Origin: Candidatus Multivoradales bacterium
Lineage (GTDB): Bacteria > Acidobacteriota > Thermoanaerobaculia > Multivoradales > JAHEKO01
Assembly: GCA_965223855.1 (NCBI GenBank)
Contig: CBDCXM010000002.1
Coordinates: 96,001-160,000 of the forward strand
Length of the DNA stretch: 64,000 nt
Reading direction: 5' to 3'
Positions within the stretch are counted from its first letter, which is position 1; every line of letters begins with the position of its first letter. Under the pieces are notes generated by a model. The model ran no database searches. It was given only the letters and a program-made list of their open reading frames with translations, and was not told the origin of the DNA. Both the position numbers and the translations under genes were made by a program. Of the stretch, positions 26,803-35,364 are shown in pieces.

Positions 26803-28132
26803 GGAGTTCCTCACTCGCGTCGCAGGGGCGGGCCTCGGATTGGCGGCGGCGCAGCGGGCCTATGCCGCGCCCCGCGGCAGCCGGGCCGCGGCCGCCTATC
26901 GACCGCCGGAGGGCTTCGCGGCCCCACCGCTCGACGTGCTGCGGGTCGCCTTCGTCGGGGTCGGCCTTCAGGGGGGTAACCACGTGCGCAACTTCGTGAG
27001 GATCCCCGGTGTCGAGGTCGTGGCGATCTGCGACATCGACGGTCCGCGCGCCGCGGAGGTCGGCCACTGGGTCGTCGAAGCAGGCCAGCGAGCCCCGGAT
27101 CTCTACACGCGCGGCGAGGAAGACTACCGCCGTGTGTGCGAGCGCGCCGACGTCGATCTGGTCTTCAACTCGACCCCCTGGCGCTGGCACGTCCCGATCT
27201 GCCTCGAGGCGCTCGAGAGCGGCAAGCACACTGCCGTCGAGGTGCCCGCCGCCTACACCGTCGACGACTGCTGGGAACTCGTCGAGGCGGCCGAGCGGAC
27301 GCGCCGTCACTGCGTGATGATGGAGAACTGCAACTACGGCCGGGCGGAGATGATGGTGCTCAACATGGTCCGCCAGGGCCTCTTTGGCGAGCTGCTCCAC
27401 GCCGAGGGTGCGTACATCCACGATCTGCGCGAGATCAAGTTCTCCGACGCCAACGAGGGTTTGTGGCGGCTGCGCCACTCGCGCAAGCGCAACGGCAACC
27501 TCTACCCGACGCACGGGCTCGGACCGCTGGCGCAGTGCCTCGACATCAACCGCGGCGATCAGTTCGAGGTGCTCACCTCCATGAGTTCGAACGCGCGGGG
27601 GCTCGAGCTCTACGCCCGAGAGAACCTGGAGCCCGGCGACCCGCGGCGCCGCGCCTACGAGCTCGGCGACATGAACACCAGCCTGATCCGTACCCGCCTC
27701 GGGCGGACCATCGTCCTGCAGCACGACACCACCACGCCGCGCCCGTACAGTCGAAACCACCTCGTTCAGGGGACCCGCGGCTGCTTCCGCGGCTACCCCG
27801 ACCGGATCTTCATCGAGGGGCGCAGCGCAGATCACGAGTGGGAGGACGCCGACACCTACCGCGACGAGTTCGAGCACCCGCTGTGGCGGCGCCTCGAGCG
27901 GGAGGCCGAAGAGGGGAGCCACGACGGCATGGACTACCTCGAGGACGCGCGGCTGGTCGAGTGCCTGCTCGCGGGTAAGCCGACCGACATGGATGTCTAC
28001 GATGCTGCGGCGCTTTCGGCGGTGATCGAGATCAGCGAGAGGTCGGTCGCGGCGGGGGGCAAGCCGATCGAGATCCCGGACTTCACTCGCGGTCGGTGGC
28101 AGGAGAACCTGCCGCTCGAGATCGTCTCCTAG
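26783..28132 (+). CDS. Tat-exported Gfo/Idh/MocA NAD-dependent glycosidase (GH109, alpha-N-acetylgalactosaminidase-like)
   Basis: SRREFL Tat signal; TPWRWH, EVPAA, MMENCNY, GAYIHDLR, GNLYPTHGLGP, RPYSR, HDGMDY, DVYDAA and IPDFTRG. Confidence 0.9.
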   Translation: MSQSSRREFLTRVAGAGLGLAAAQRAYAAPRGSRAAAAYRPPEGFAAPPLDVLRVAFVGVGLQGGNHVRNFVRIPGVEVVAICDIDGPRAAEVGHWVVEAGQRAPDLYTRGEEDYRRVCERADVDLVFNSTPWRWHVPICLEALESGKHTAVEVPAAYTVDDCWELVEAAERTRRHCVMMENCNYGRAEMMVLNMVRQGLFGELLHAEGAYIHDLREIKFSDANEGLWRLRHSRKRNGNLYPTHGLGPLAQCLDINRGDQFEVLTSMSSNARGLELYARENLEPGDPRRRAYELGDMNTSLIRTRLGRTIVLQHDTTTPRPYSRNHLVQGTRGCFRGYPDRIFIEGRSADHEWEDADTYRDEFEHPLWRRLEREAEEGSHDGMDYLEDARLVECLLAGKPTDMDVYDAAALSAVIEISERSVAAGGKPIEIPDFTRGRWQENLPLEIVS

Positions 28133-28139
28133 CTTCAGC

Positions 28140-29420
28140 GTGGCAGCGATGTCGACGGCGACGAGGCGGCTGGCGACAAGCATGTCGCTGTCGGTCGCCG
28201 TTTCTCTGTCGTCCGTGACCCCCTCGGCCTCGCAGCAGGTCGCCCTCACGCTCCACGCCACAGGCTTCGACCGGGTGTCGGGGATCGCCCACGCCGGTGA
28301 CGGCTCGGGGCGGCTGTTCGTCGTCGAACGCGACGGACTCGTCTGGGCGCTCGACTCCGGCGGCCAGCGAGGCGTCGATCCGTACCTCGATCTCACGGAC
28401 CGGATTGGGGGGCCTGGCATGGAGCTGGGGTTGCTCGCCCTCGCCTTCGCGCCGGACTTCGAGGCCAGCCGGCGACTGTTCGTCGCCTACACCGACACCG
28501 CGGACGACGTCGTGATCTCGCGGTTCCTCGAGGATGCCGCCGACCCGGCGCACGCCGATCCCGACTCGGAATCGCCGGTCCTCGCCATCCCGCAGCCGAC
28601 CGAGCTTCACAACGTCCACCACCTCGCCTTCGGCCCGGACGGCTATCTCTACGTCGCCTCCGGTGACGGCGGCCCGGCCGGAGACCCGCTCGGCAACGCC
28701 CAGAACCTCGGCGTGCTGCTCGGGAAGATCCTGAGACTCGACGTCGACGTCGCGACCGGCTACTCGATCCCTCCCGACAATCCCTTCATCTCCGTGCCGG
28801 GAGCGCGTGCGGAGATCTGGGCGTACGGGCTCAGGAACCCGGCCGACCTCACCTTCGATAGCGACTCAGGCGACCTGATCCTGACCGACGTCGGCCAGGC
28901 CTCCTGGGAGGAGATCAACCGCCAGCCGGGGACGAGCGGCGGGGGAGAGAATTACGGCTGGCCGTTTCGCGAGGGCTTCGAATGTTTCAACCCGCCGACC
29001 GGCTGCCCGGCGGCCGGTTTCACTCCACCGGTGACGGTCTACCCGCATACCGAAGGACGGTGCGCGGTGATCGGCGTCGGGTGGTCACGCCTCGCCCCGG
29101 AACTGTCGGGCCGGGTCGTCTTCGGAGATTTCTGCACGGGGGGCCTGTCGACAGCCCGTCCCGGTTGTCTCGGATGGCGGCAGACCGAACAGGCCGAGGT
29201 CGTAGGAGGTCTCAGCGCCATCGGACAGGACGAGGCGGGAGAGATCTACGCAGCGGCATGGTCGACCGACGGGAGCGGGGAGTTGTGGCGTCTCGACGGC
29301 GTCACCGGGACGCTCTATGCAGACGATTTCGAGAGCGGCGACCTGGCGGAGTGGTCGGCGTGCCGGGGGGTCGATGCGCCGTCCGCCGAGGTCAGCGGAA
29401 GACGACGTCGATCCCCATAG
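28140..29420 (+). CDS. PQQ-dependent sugar dehydrogenase (GSDH beta-propeller) with degenerate DGFESGD tail
   Basis: AGDGSGRLFVVE, GLLALAF, FGPDGYLY, GDGG, LGKILR, AYGLRNP, DVGQ, EEIN and NYGWP; near the C-terminus LYADDFESGDLAEWS. Confidence 0.88.
   Translation: MAAMSTATRRLATSMSLSVAVSLSSVTPSASQQVALTLHATGFDRVSGIAHAGDGSGRLFVVERDGLVWALDSGGQRGVDPYLDLTDRIGGPGMELGLLALAFAPDFEASRRLFVAYTDTADDVVISRFLEDAADPAHADPDSESPVLAIPQPTELHNVHHLAFGPDGYLYVASGDGGPAGDPLGNAQNLGVLLGKILRLDVDVATGYSIPPDNPFISVPGARAEIWAYGLRNPADLTFDSDSGDLILTDVGQASWEEINRQPGTSGGGENYGWPFREGFECFNPPTGCPAAGFTPPVTVYPHTEGRCAVIGVGWSRLAPELSGRVVFGDFCTGGLSTARPGCLGWRQTEQAEVVGGLSAIGQDEAGEIYAAAWSTDGSGELWRLDGVTGTLYADDFESGDLAEWSACRGVDAPSAEVSGRRRRSP
29313..29357 (+). 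repeat. C-terminal protein motif copy 2 (degenerate): LYADDFESGDLAEWS
   Basis: Same spacing of aromatic, D, FESGD and WS residues as the other copies; followed by 20 extra residues. Confidence 0.75.
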
Positions 29421-29637
29421 CGCTGCGACCGGCGATCTTCGGGATCTGCCGTGCCTCGGTGCCAGGTGAGTGGCGGGGTGAAAGGGGGGCAGCAGACTGC
29501 GCAGGGTCCACCGAGCGGCAAGTGGGCGCGGGGCCAGCTCGAGAGGTGGTGGCAACGGGATTGCAGCTCACGGCTTTCAGCTATCGGAGATCACGAGGAG
29601 ACGGCGAACGAAAGAGACGACGACAGGGAGGTCTCGG

Positions 29638-32600
29638 ATGAGAGTTGGCAGCGCGTGGGCGGCAGCTGGAGTGGGAGCGACGATGATGGTGTTGCTCGCT
29701 GGTGCGATATCGGCACAGCCATCCCAGCTGGAAGTGATGCGCATCCATCCCAGCGGGGAACAGGTACCTTCCGGGCGCCAGGTCGTCGTTCACTTCAACC
29801 AGCCGGTCGTGCCGCTGGGGCGGATGGCACGCTTGTCCTCGGAGGTCCCGGCGACGATCACTCCCGATCCCGGGTGTGAGTGGCGCTGGCTGAGCACCTC
29901 CTCTCTGGCATGCCAACTTGGCGAGTCCAACGCACTCGCTTATGCCACAAAGTACCTTGTCGAGGTGCAGGCCGGCTTCACCTCGGCGACCGGAGCTGTG
30001 CTTCGGGAGGGGGTCGCCGAGCACTTCGAGACCGAGCGCCCTAAGGTTCGCTACCACCGTTTCGAGACCTGGCGCTCGCCTGGGATCCCTCGCGCTCGAA
30101 TCACGTTCAACCAGCCGGTCGACGCAGCTTCCGTCGCCCCGGCCGTCCGCTTCGAGACCGCCGGCGGGGCGGCGCGGACCTGGGTCCTGCCACCGGACGA
30201 CTCGGCGATCGGAAGCGGGGCAACCGAGGACGGCCGCACCTGGTGGGTGGAGCCGGTCCAGCCCCTCGATCCTGGGCAGGAGGTTCGGCTCACGATTCAC
30301 CCCGGTGTCCGCTCGCTTGTCGGTCCGCTCCCCGGCAATGAGGATCGGTTACTGGCGACGTTCTCGACCTTTCCCGAGCCGGAGTTCCTGGGGATCGACT
30401 GCCGCGACTACCGCGGCAACCGTCGCGAGTGGTCGCCGATCGCTTCCCGTCCGGCCGACGTCGGAGACGGGAGCGCAGGTTGCGACCCGCTCGGCGGCGT
30501 CGGGCTCGTCTTTTCTTCGCCGGTCACGGTCGAATCGCTGGCAAAGAGCTTGGAAGTGACCCCGCCGCTCGCCGGAGATCGCGAGGACTTCGATCCGTGG
30601 GACGGCGTCTACTCCTATTCGAGGCTCGGTCGCGCCTCGCGACGACACCGCTACGCCGTTCCGCTGCCCGTGGGCCTGGCCGCTATGACGCAGTACCGTC
30701 TGCGCGCTCGAGCTGCCGAGATCCTCGACGAGTTCGGTCGCCCGCTGCCCCGGGACATCGATTTCACGTTCACGACGGGACACCGCCGTCCCCGCTTCGT
30801 GCTCGACGATCCCGTCTCGACTCTCGAGGAGGGAGTCGAATCCCACCCGACTGGGGTGGTGACGAACCTAGACGGCATCGAGATCGACTTCCGCCGACGC
30901 AAGCCCGCCGGGTCGTGGACGAAGGGCAGCGAGCTCTTCGAGCTGCCCGCCGTCGTCGATGTCGCCTACCGCCACCCCATCCCGACGCGGGCTCTTCTCG
31001 AGGGTGGAGAGGGCGCTGTGGTCGGGCGGCTTCTCACGACCCCCTCCACCACCCAGGGGGGGCGCTGGTTCTTCTCGCAGGTCACCTCCTTCCAGGTGCA
31101 TGTGAAGGCCGGGTTCCACAACTCTCTCGTCTGGGTCACCGACCTGGCGTCTGGGGAGCCGGTGGAAGGCGCCTCCGTGGAAGTCTTCCTGTCCAGCTAT
31201 GCGTCGCTCGACGACGGAGAGGTCGTGGCAGCAGCCGAGACCGACGACAGCGGGCTCGCACATCTTCCGGGCACCGCGAGCCTCGATCCGGAGCATGAAC
31301 TCACCGCGAGCTGGAGGCACAGAGACGAGCAGCACCTCGTCGTGCGAGTCGGCGCCGGCGAGTCGATGGCCCTGGTGCCGCTCGCCGACGACTTCTCCGT
31401 TCGCGGCCGGGGCCCGAACCGGTCCTATCTCCCCACCTGGAGGCGACAGGCTCACGGCCACCTGGTGACCTGGGGCTTTACCGCCCAGGGGATCTACCGT
31501 GCCGGCGATACCGTCGAGTACAAGATCTACGTCCGCGAGGAAGGCAATCGCACTCTCGAGAGCGCCCCTGCCGGTCCCTACGGTCTCGAGGTGCGCGATC
31601 CGGCCGGGAAGGTGGTCCACCGGCGGGCGGATCTCGAACTCAACGAGTTCGGTGCCTTCGACGGGTCGTTCACACTGTCTCGCCAGGGAGCGGTCGGCTG
31701 GCACAGCTTTGAGCTGACCGCCGGCTTCGCTGCGGATCTCGGCTGGACGCCGCTGAGGATGCTGGTCAGTGACTTTGTGCCGGCCCCCTTCCGGGTTGCG
31801 GTCGATCTCGACCGCGAGCTCGTTCGCGATGGAGAGACCGTCGCACTGACGACCTCGGCGGCGCTGCACGCCGGCGGTCCCTACGTGCATGCGCCGACCC
31901 GCATCACGGCGCGTCTCGTACCGGGGCGCTTCCGCCCGGAGGATCCGCGGGCGACCGGGTTCCTCTTCGACACGGGGAGCGCCGAATCCGTAGCGCTGCT
32001 CCAGACAGAGCTCACCCTCGACGGTGAGGGCTCCGCTTCGACTGAGTTCACGGCGTCCTCGGGAGAGATTCTCTACGGACGACTCCAGGCCGAGAGTGCG
32101 GTTCAGGACGATCGGGGCAAGAGGGTCGCCTCGTCGGTGGAGGCCCGCTTCGCGTCCCGCGACCGCTTCGTAGGCATCTCGCAGTCGGACTGGGTACTGA
32201 AGACGGGCACGCCGGCCTCGGTCGATGCCTGGGTAGCGGATGAGCATGGCAACCTGCTGCCCGATCAGGAGGTCGCGTTCACCATCGAGAGGGAGGTCAC
32301 CCACGCCGCTCGCGTTCGGGGCGCGGGCAGCGCGTACCTGACGAGGTACGAGCGTTCCTGGGAGACGGCCGCCGCCTGCAGCGGCCTGACGACCGATGAG
32401 CCGGCGAGCTGCAGCTTCTCTCCTCCCCAGGCCGGCCGCTACCGCCTGACGGCGGCGATCGCCGATACGCGTGGTCGGCCCGTGTCGAGCACCCTCCATC
32501 GCTGGACGGTCGGAGCCGGGCGGGTTCTGTGGGAGGAGCCCCCCGGGCATCATCTCCAGATCGAGGCGGAAGCCTCCGTGCTCCGGGTCGGCGAGACGGC

Positions 32601-35364
32601 CAGATACCTGGTCAAGAACCCTTTCCCCGGCGCAAGAGCGCTCGTCACTCTGGAGCGGCTCGGCACCATTCGCAGCTGGACGACGACGTTCGAGTCTTCG
32701 AGCGAGCTGATCGAGTTCGAGGTCGAGCCCGATCTGCTGCCGGGCTTCTACCTTTCGGTCGTCGTCACGTCGCCGCGCGTCGCCCCGGCACCGCCGTCCG
32801 AGGGCGGCGTCGATCTCGGCAAGCCTGCGTTCCGCCTCGGGTACGCGAGGACCGAGGTTCGCGATCCGTACAAGGAACTCGACGTCGAGGTCACTCCGCA
32901 GGACGAGGTGACGAAGCCTCGGCAGCGGGTGCGGGCCGAGATATCGGTATCGACGCGGCAGGGTGAAACTCCTCCAGCCGAGGTCGCGGTCGCGGTTCTC
33001 GACGAGGCGGTCCTCGATCTCCTGAGCGCAGGCGAGGCGACGTTCGACCCCTATGTGGGGCTCTATCGACTCGCCCCGCTCGACGTTGCGAACTACAACC
33101 TCGTCAAGGCTCTGGTGGGTTGGCGCAAGATCGAGAAGAAGGGGGCCGACGCCGGTGGAGGTGGTGGAGGCGACGACCGGCTGCGTTCGATCTTCGACTT
33201 CGTCGCCTACTGGAACCCGGCTGTCGAGACGGACTCCAGCGGGCAGGCGACGATCGAGTTCGATCTGCCCGACAACCTGACCGGCTGGCGTGTCCTCGCG
33301 GTTGCGGCGACCCGTGGTGACCGGGTCGGACTCGGCTCGGCGAGCTTCCGAACCAATCTGCCGACGGAGGTGCGTCCCGCCCTGCCGAACCAGGTGATCG
33401 AGGGCGACGCCTTCGAGGCGCGCTTCACGGTGATGAATCGCACCGACAGCAGACGGCGGCTGAGGATCTCGGCGCGGGCGACAGGAGCCGTCGATGGAGC
33501 CCCCGCCATGGAGACGAGGATCCGGGCCGAGCCGTTCCAGCGGTACGTCGTGTCTTTGCCGATCACCACGACCACGCCGGGTGAGATAGGGCTCGAAGTT
33601 CGTGCCGGAGATCGCATGGACGAGGACGCGCTCACGGTGCACCTCCCGGTTCTCCCTGCGGCCTCGCTACTCACCGCTGCCGACTACGGCTCTCTGACAG
33701 GGACTTCCGACACGCGCACCGTCGCCTTCCCGGCCGAGATGCGCACCGATGTCGGCGCACTCGAAGTGACGGCCAGCCCGACGGTGATCGGCTCTCTCGA
33801 GCGCGCCTTCACCTACCTTCGCGACTATCCGTACTCGTGCTGGGAGCAGAGGCTGAGCAAGGGGGCGATGGCGGCGTACTTCCTTGCATTGCGCCCCTAT
33901 CTTTCGGAGGAGGTCGAATGGCCGGAAGCCGCTGCCGACTTGAAGCGCACCCTTGAGCGAGCGGCTGACTTCCAGGCACCGAACGGCGGGATGGTCTACT
34001 GGTTGCCGCTCGACCAGTATGCGAGCCCCTATCTTTCGGCGTACACGGCGCTGGTCTTCGGCTGGCTCGAGGAACTCGGTTACGAGCCTCCCGCCGCCGT
34101 CGAGGAGCGGCTTCACGAGTACCTTCGCACCTACCTGAGGAAGGACGTTCTGCCGGACTTCTACAGTCGCGGAATGAGTTCGACCGTGCGTGCGGTGGCC
34201 CTCGCGGCACTGGCCGCCGCCGATGACCTCGCACCCGAGGATCTGGAGCGCTACGCCGCTCACGTCGACGAGATGAGCCTGTTCGGCAAGGCGCACTACC
34301 TGCTCGCGGCCGCAGGGATCGGCGCGGACTCGGAAGAGAGACGTCGGGTCGTCGGGGCGATCCTCGATCACGCGCAGGAGAGCGCCGGCAAGATCGTCTT
34401 CTCCGAGCCGCTCGACGACGGCTACTCGCGCATCCTCCACTCCGAGTTGCGGACCCAGTGTGCCGTCCTCAGCAGCATCCTGGCGGAGCTGCCGGGTGAG
34501 AGGGTCTCACAGGTCGCACCGCGTCTCGTGAGGCACCTCACTCAGTCGCGCCGGCAGCGGCACCGCTGGGAGAACACCCAGGAGAACCTCTTCTGCGCCC
34601 GCGCTCTCTCCGCCTATGCGGAGCGCTTCGAGTCGGTATCTCCCGACATGAAGGCAAGGGCCTCGATCGGTGGCGCTCAGTTCGGCGAGGGGAGCTGGAG
34701 CGATTTCCGGGACCCCGCGCTCACCTTCAGTCGCCCGATCACCGTTCGAGATCCCGGGACCGAGGCGGCGGTGACTGTCGAGCGCGAAGGTGCGGGGCGC
34801 CTCTACTACTCGGTCAGGCTCGCCTGGGCACCTGCCGATCCCGGCCAACGCACCCACAATGCCGGCTTCGACGTTCGGCGCGAATACAGCGTCGAGCGGG
34901 AGGGAGGTTGGGAGCTGCTCGACTCTCCGGCGCTCTTGCGCCAGGGCGAGCTCGTCAGGGTCGATCTCTACGTCAGTCTGCCGGCCGCGCGCAACTTCGT
35001 TGTCGTCGAGGACCCGGTGCCGGGTGGCCTCGAGCCCGTCCAGCGCGAGCTCGCCACATCATCGACGATCGATGCCGACAAGGAACGTACCGGGATGCCA
35101 CCGAATGCGTTCTTCTTCACCCGTGACGACTGGCGCTGGTTCGGCTGGACGCGATGGAGCTTCTACCATCGGGAGCTGCGCCACGATGCAGTCCGCTTCT
35201 ATTCCGAGTACCTCCCGGCCGGCAGCTACCACCTGTCCTATGTCGCACAGGCGATCGCTCCCGGGAGCTTCCGGGCACTCCCCGTTCGGGCCGAGGAGAT
35301 GTATGACCCCGACGTGTTCGGAGCGGGGCTTTCGAGGCCGTTCGAGATCGAGGCTCTGCCTTGA
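29638..35364 (+). CDS. bacterial alpha-2-macroglobulin (MG2-domain protein)
   Basis: 1908 aa; GIYRAGD, LPDNLTGWR, thioester motif YPYSCWEQ, NTQEN, DPVPGG and AEEMYDP; directly upstream of pbpC. Confidence 0.93.
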   Translation: MRVGSAWAAAGVGATMMVLLAGAISAQPSQLEVMRIHPSGEQVPSGRQVVVHFNQPVVPLGRMARLSSEVPATITPDPGCEWRWLSTSSLACQLGESNALAYATKYLVEVQAGFTSATGAVLREGVAEHFETERPKVRYHRFETWRSPGIPRARITFNQPVDAASVAPAVRFETAGGAARTWVLPPDDSAIGSGATEDGRTWWVEPVQPLDPGQEVRLTIHPGVRSLVGPLPGNEDRLLATFSTFPEPEFLGIDCRDYRGNRREWSPIASRPADVGDGSAGCDPLGGVGLVFSSPVTVESLAKSLEVTPPLAGDREDFDPWDGVYSYSRLGRASRRHRYAVPLPVGLAAMTQYRLRARAAEILDEFGRPLPRDIDFTFTTGHRRPRFVLDDPVSTLEEGVESHPTGVVTNLDGIEIDFRRRKPAGSWTKGSELFELPAVVDVAYRHPIPTRALLEGGEGAVVGRLLTTPSTTQGGRWFFSQVTSFQVHVKAGFHNSLVWVTDLASGEPVEGASVEVFLSSYASLDDGEVVAAAETDDSGLAHLPGTASLDPEHELTASWRHRDEQHLVVRVGAGESMALVPLADDFSVRGRGPNRSYLPTWRRQAHGHLVTWGFTAQGIYRAGDTVEYKIYVREEGNRTLESAPAGPYGLEVRDPAGKVVHRRADLELNEFGAFDGSFTLSRQGAVGWHSFELTAGFAADLGWTPLRMLVSDFVPAPFRVAVDLDRELVRDGETVALTTSAALHAGGPYVHAPTRITARLVPGRFRPEDPRATGFLFDTGSAESVALLQTELTLDGEGSASTEFTASSGEILYGRLQAESAVQDDRGKRVASSVEARFASRDRFVGISQSDWVLKTGTPASVDAWVADEHGNLLPDQEVAFTIEREVTHAARVRGAGSAYLTRYERSWETAAACSGLTTDEPASCSFSPPQAGRYRLTAAIADTRGRPVSSTLHRWTVGAGRVLWEEPPGHHLQIEAEASVLRVGETARYLVKNPFPGARALVTLERLGTIRSWTTTFESSSELIEFEVEPDLLPGFYLSVVVTSPRVAPAPPSEGGVDLGKPAFRLGYARTEVRDPYKELDVEVTPQDEVTKPRQRVRAEISVSTRQGETPPAEVAVAVLDEAVLDLLSAGEATFDPYVGLYRLAPLDVANYNLVKALVGWRKIEKKGADAGGGGGGDDRLRSIFDFVAYWNPAVETDSSGQATIEFDLPDNLTGWRVLAVAATRGDRVGLGSASFRTNLPTEVRPALPNQVIEGDAFEARFTVMNRTDSRRRLRISARATGAVDGAPAMETRIRAEPFQRYVVSLPITTTTPGEIGLEVRAGDRMDEDALTVHLPVLPAASLLTAADYGSLTGTSDTRTVAFPAEMRTDVGALEVTASPTVIGSLERAFTYLRDYPYSCWEQRLSKGAMAAYFLALRPYLSEEVEWPEAAADLKRTLERAADFQAPNGGMVYWLPLDQYASPYLSAYTALVFGWLEELGYEPPAAVEERLHEYLRTYLRKDVLPDFYSRGMSSTVRAVALAALAAADDLAPEDLERYAAHVDEMSLFGKAHYLLAAAGIGADSEERRRVVGAILDHAQESAGKIVFSEPLDDGYSRILHSELRTQCAVLSSILAELPGERVSQVAPRLVRHLTQSRRQRHRWENTQENLFCARALSAYAERFESVSPDMKARASIGGAQFGEGSWSDFRDPALTFSRPITVRDPGTEAAVTVEREGAGRLYYSVRLAWAPADPGQRTHNAGFDVRREYSVEREGGWELLDSPALLRQGELVRVDLYVSLPAARNFVVVEDPVPGGLEPVQRELATSSTIDADKERTGMPPNAFFFTRDDWRWFGWTRWSFYHRELRHDAVRFYSEYLPAGSYHLSYVAQAIAPGSFRALPVRAEEMYDPDVFGAGLSRPFEIEALP

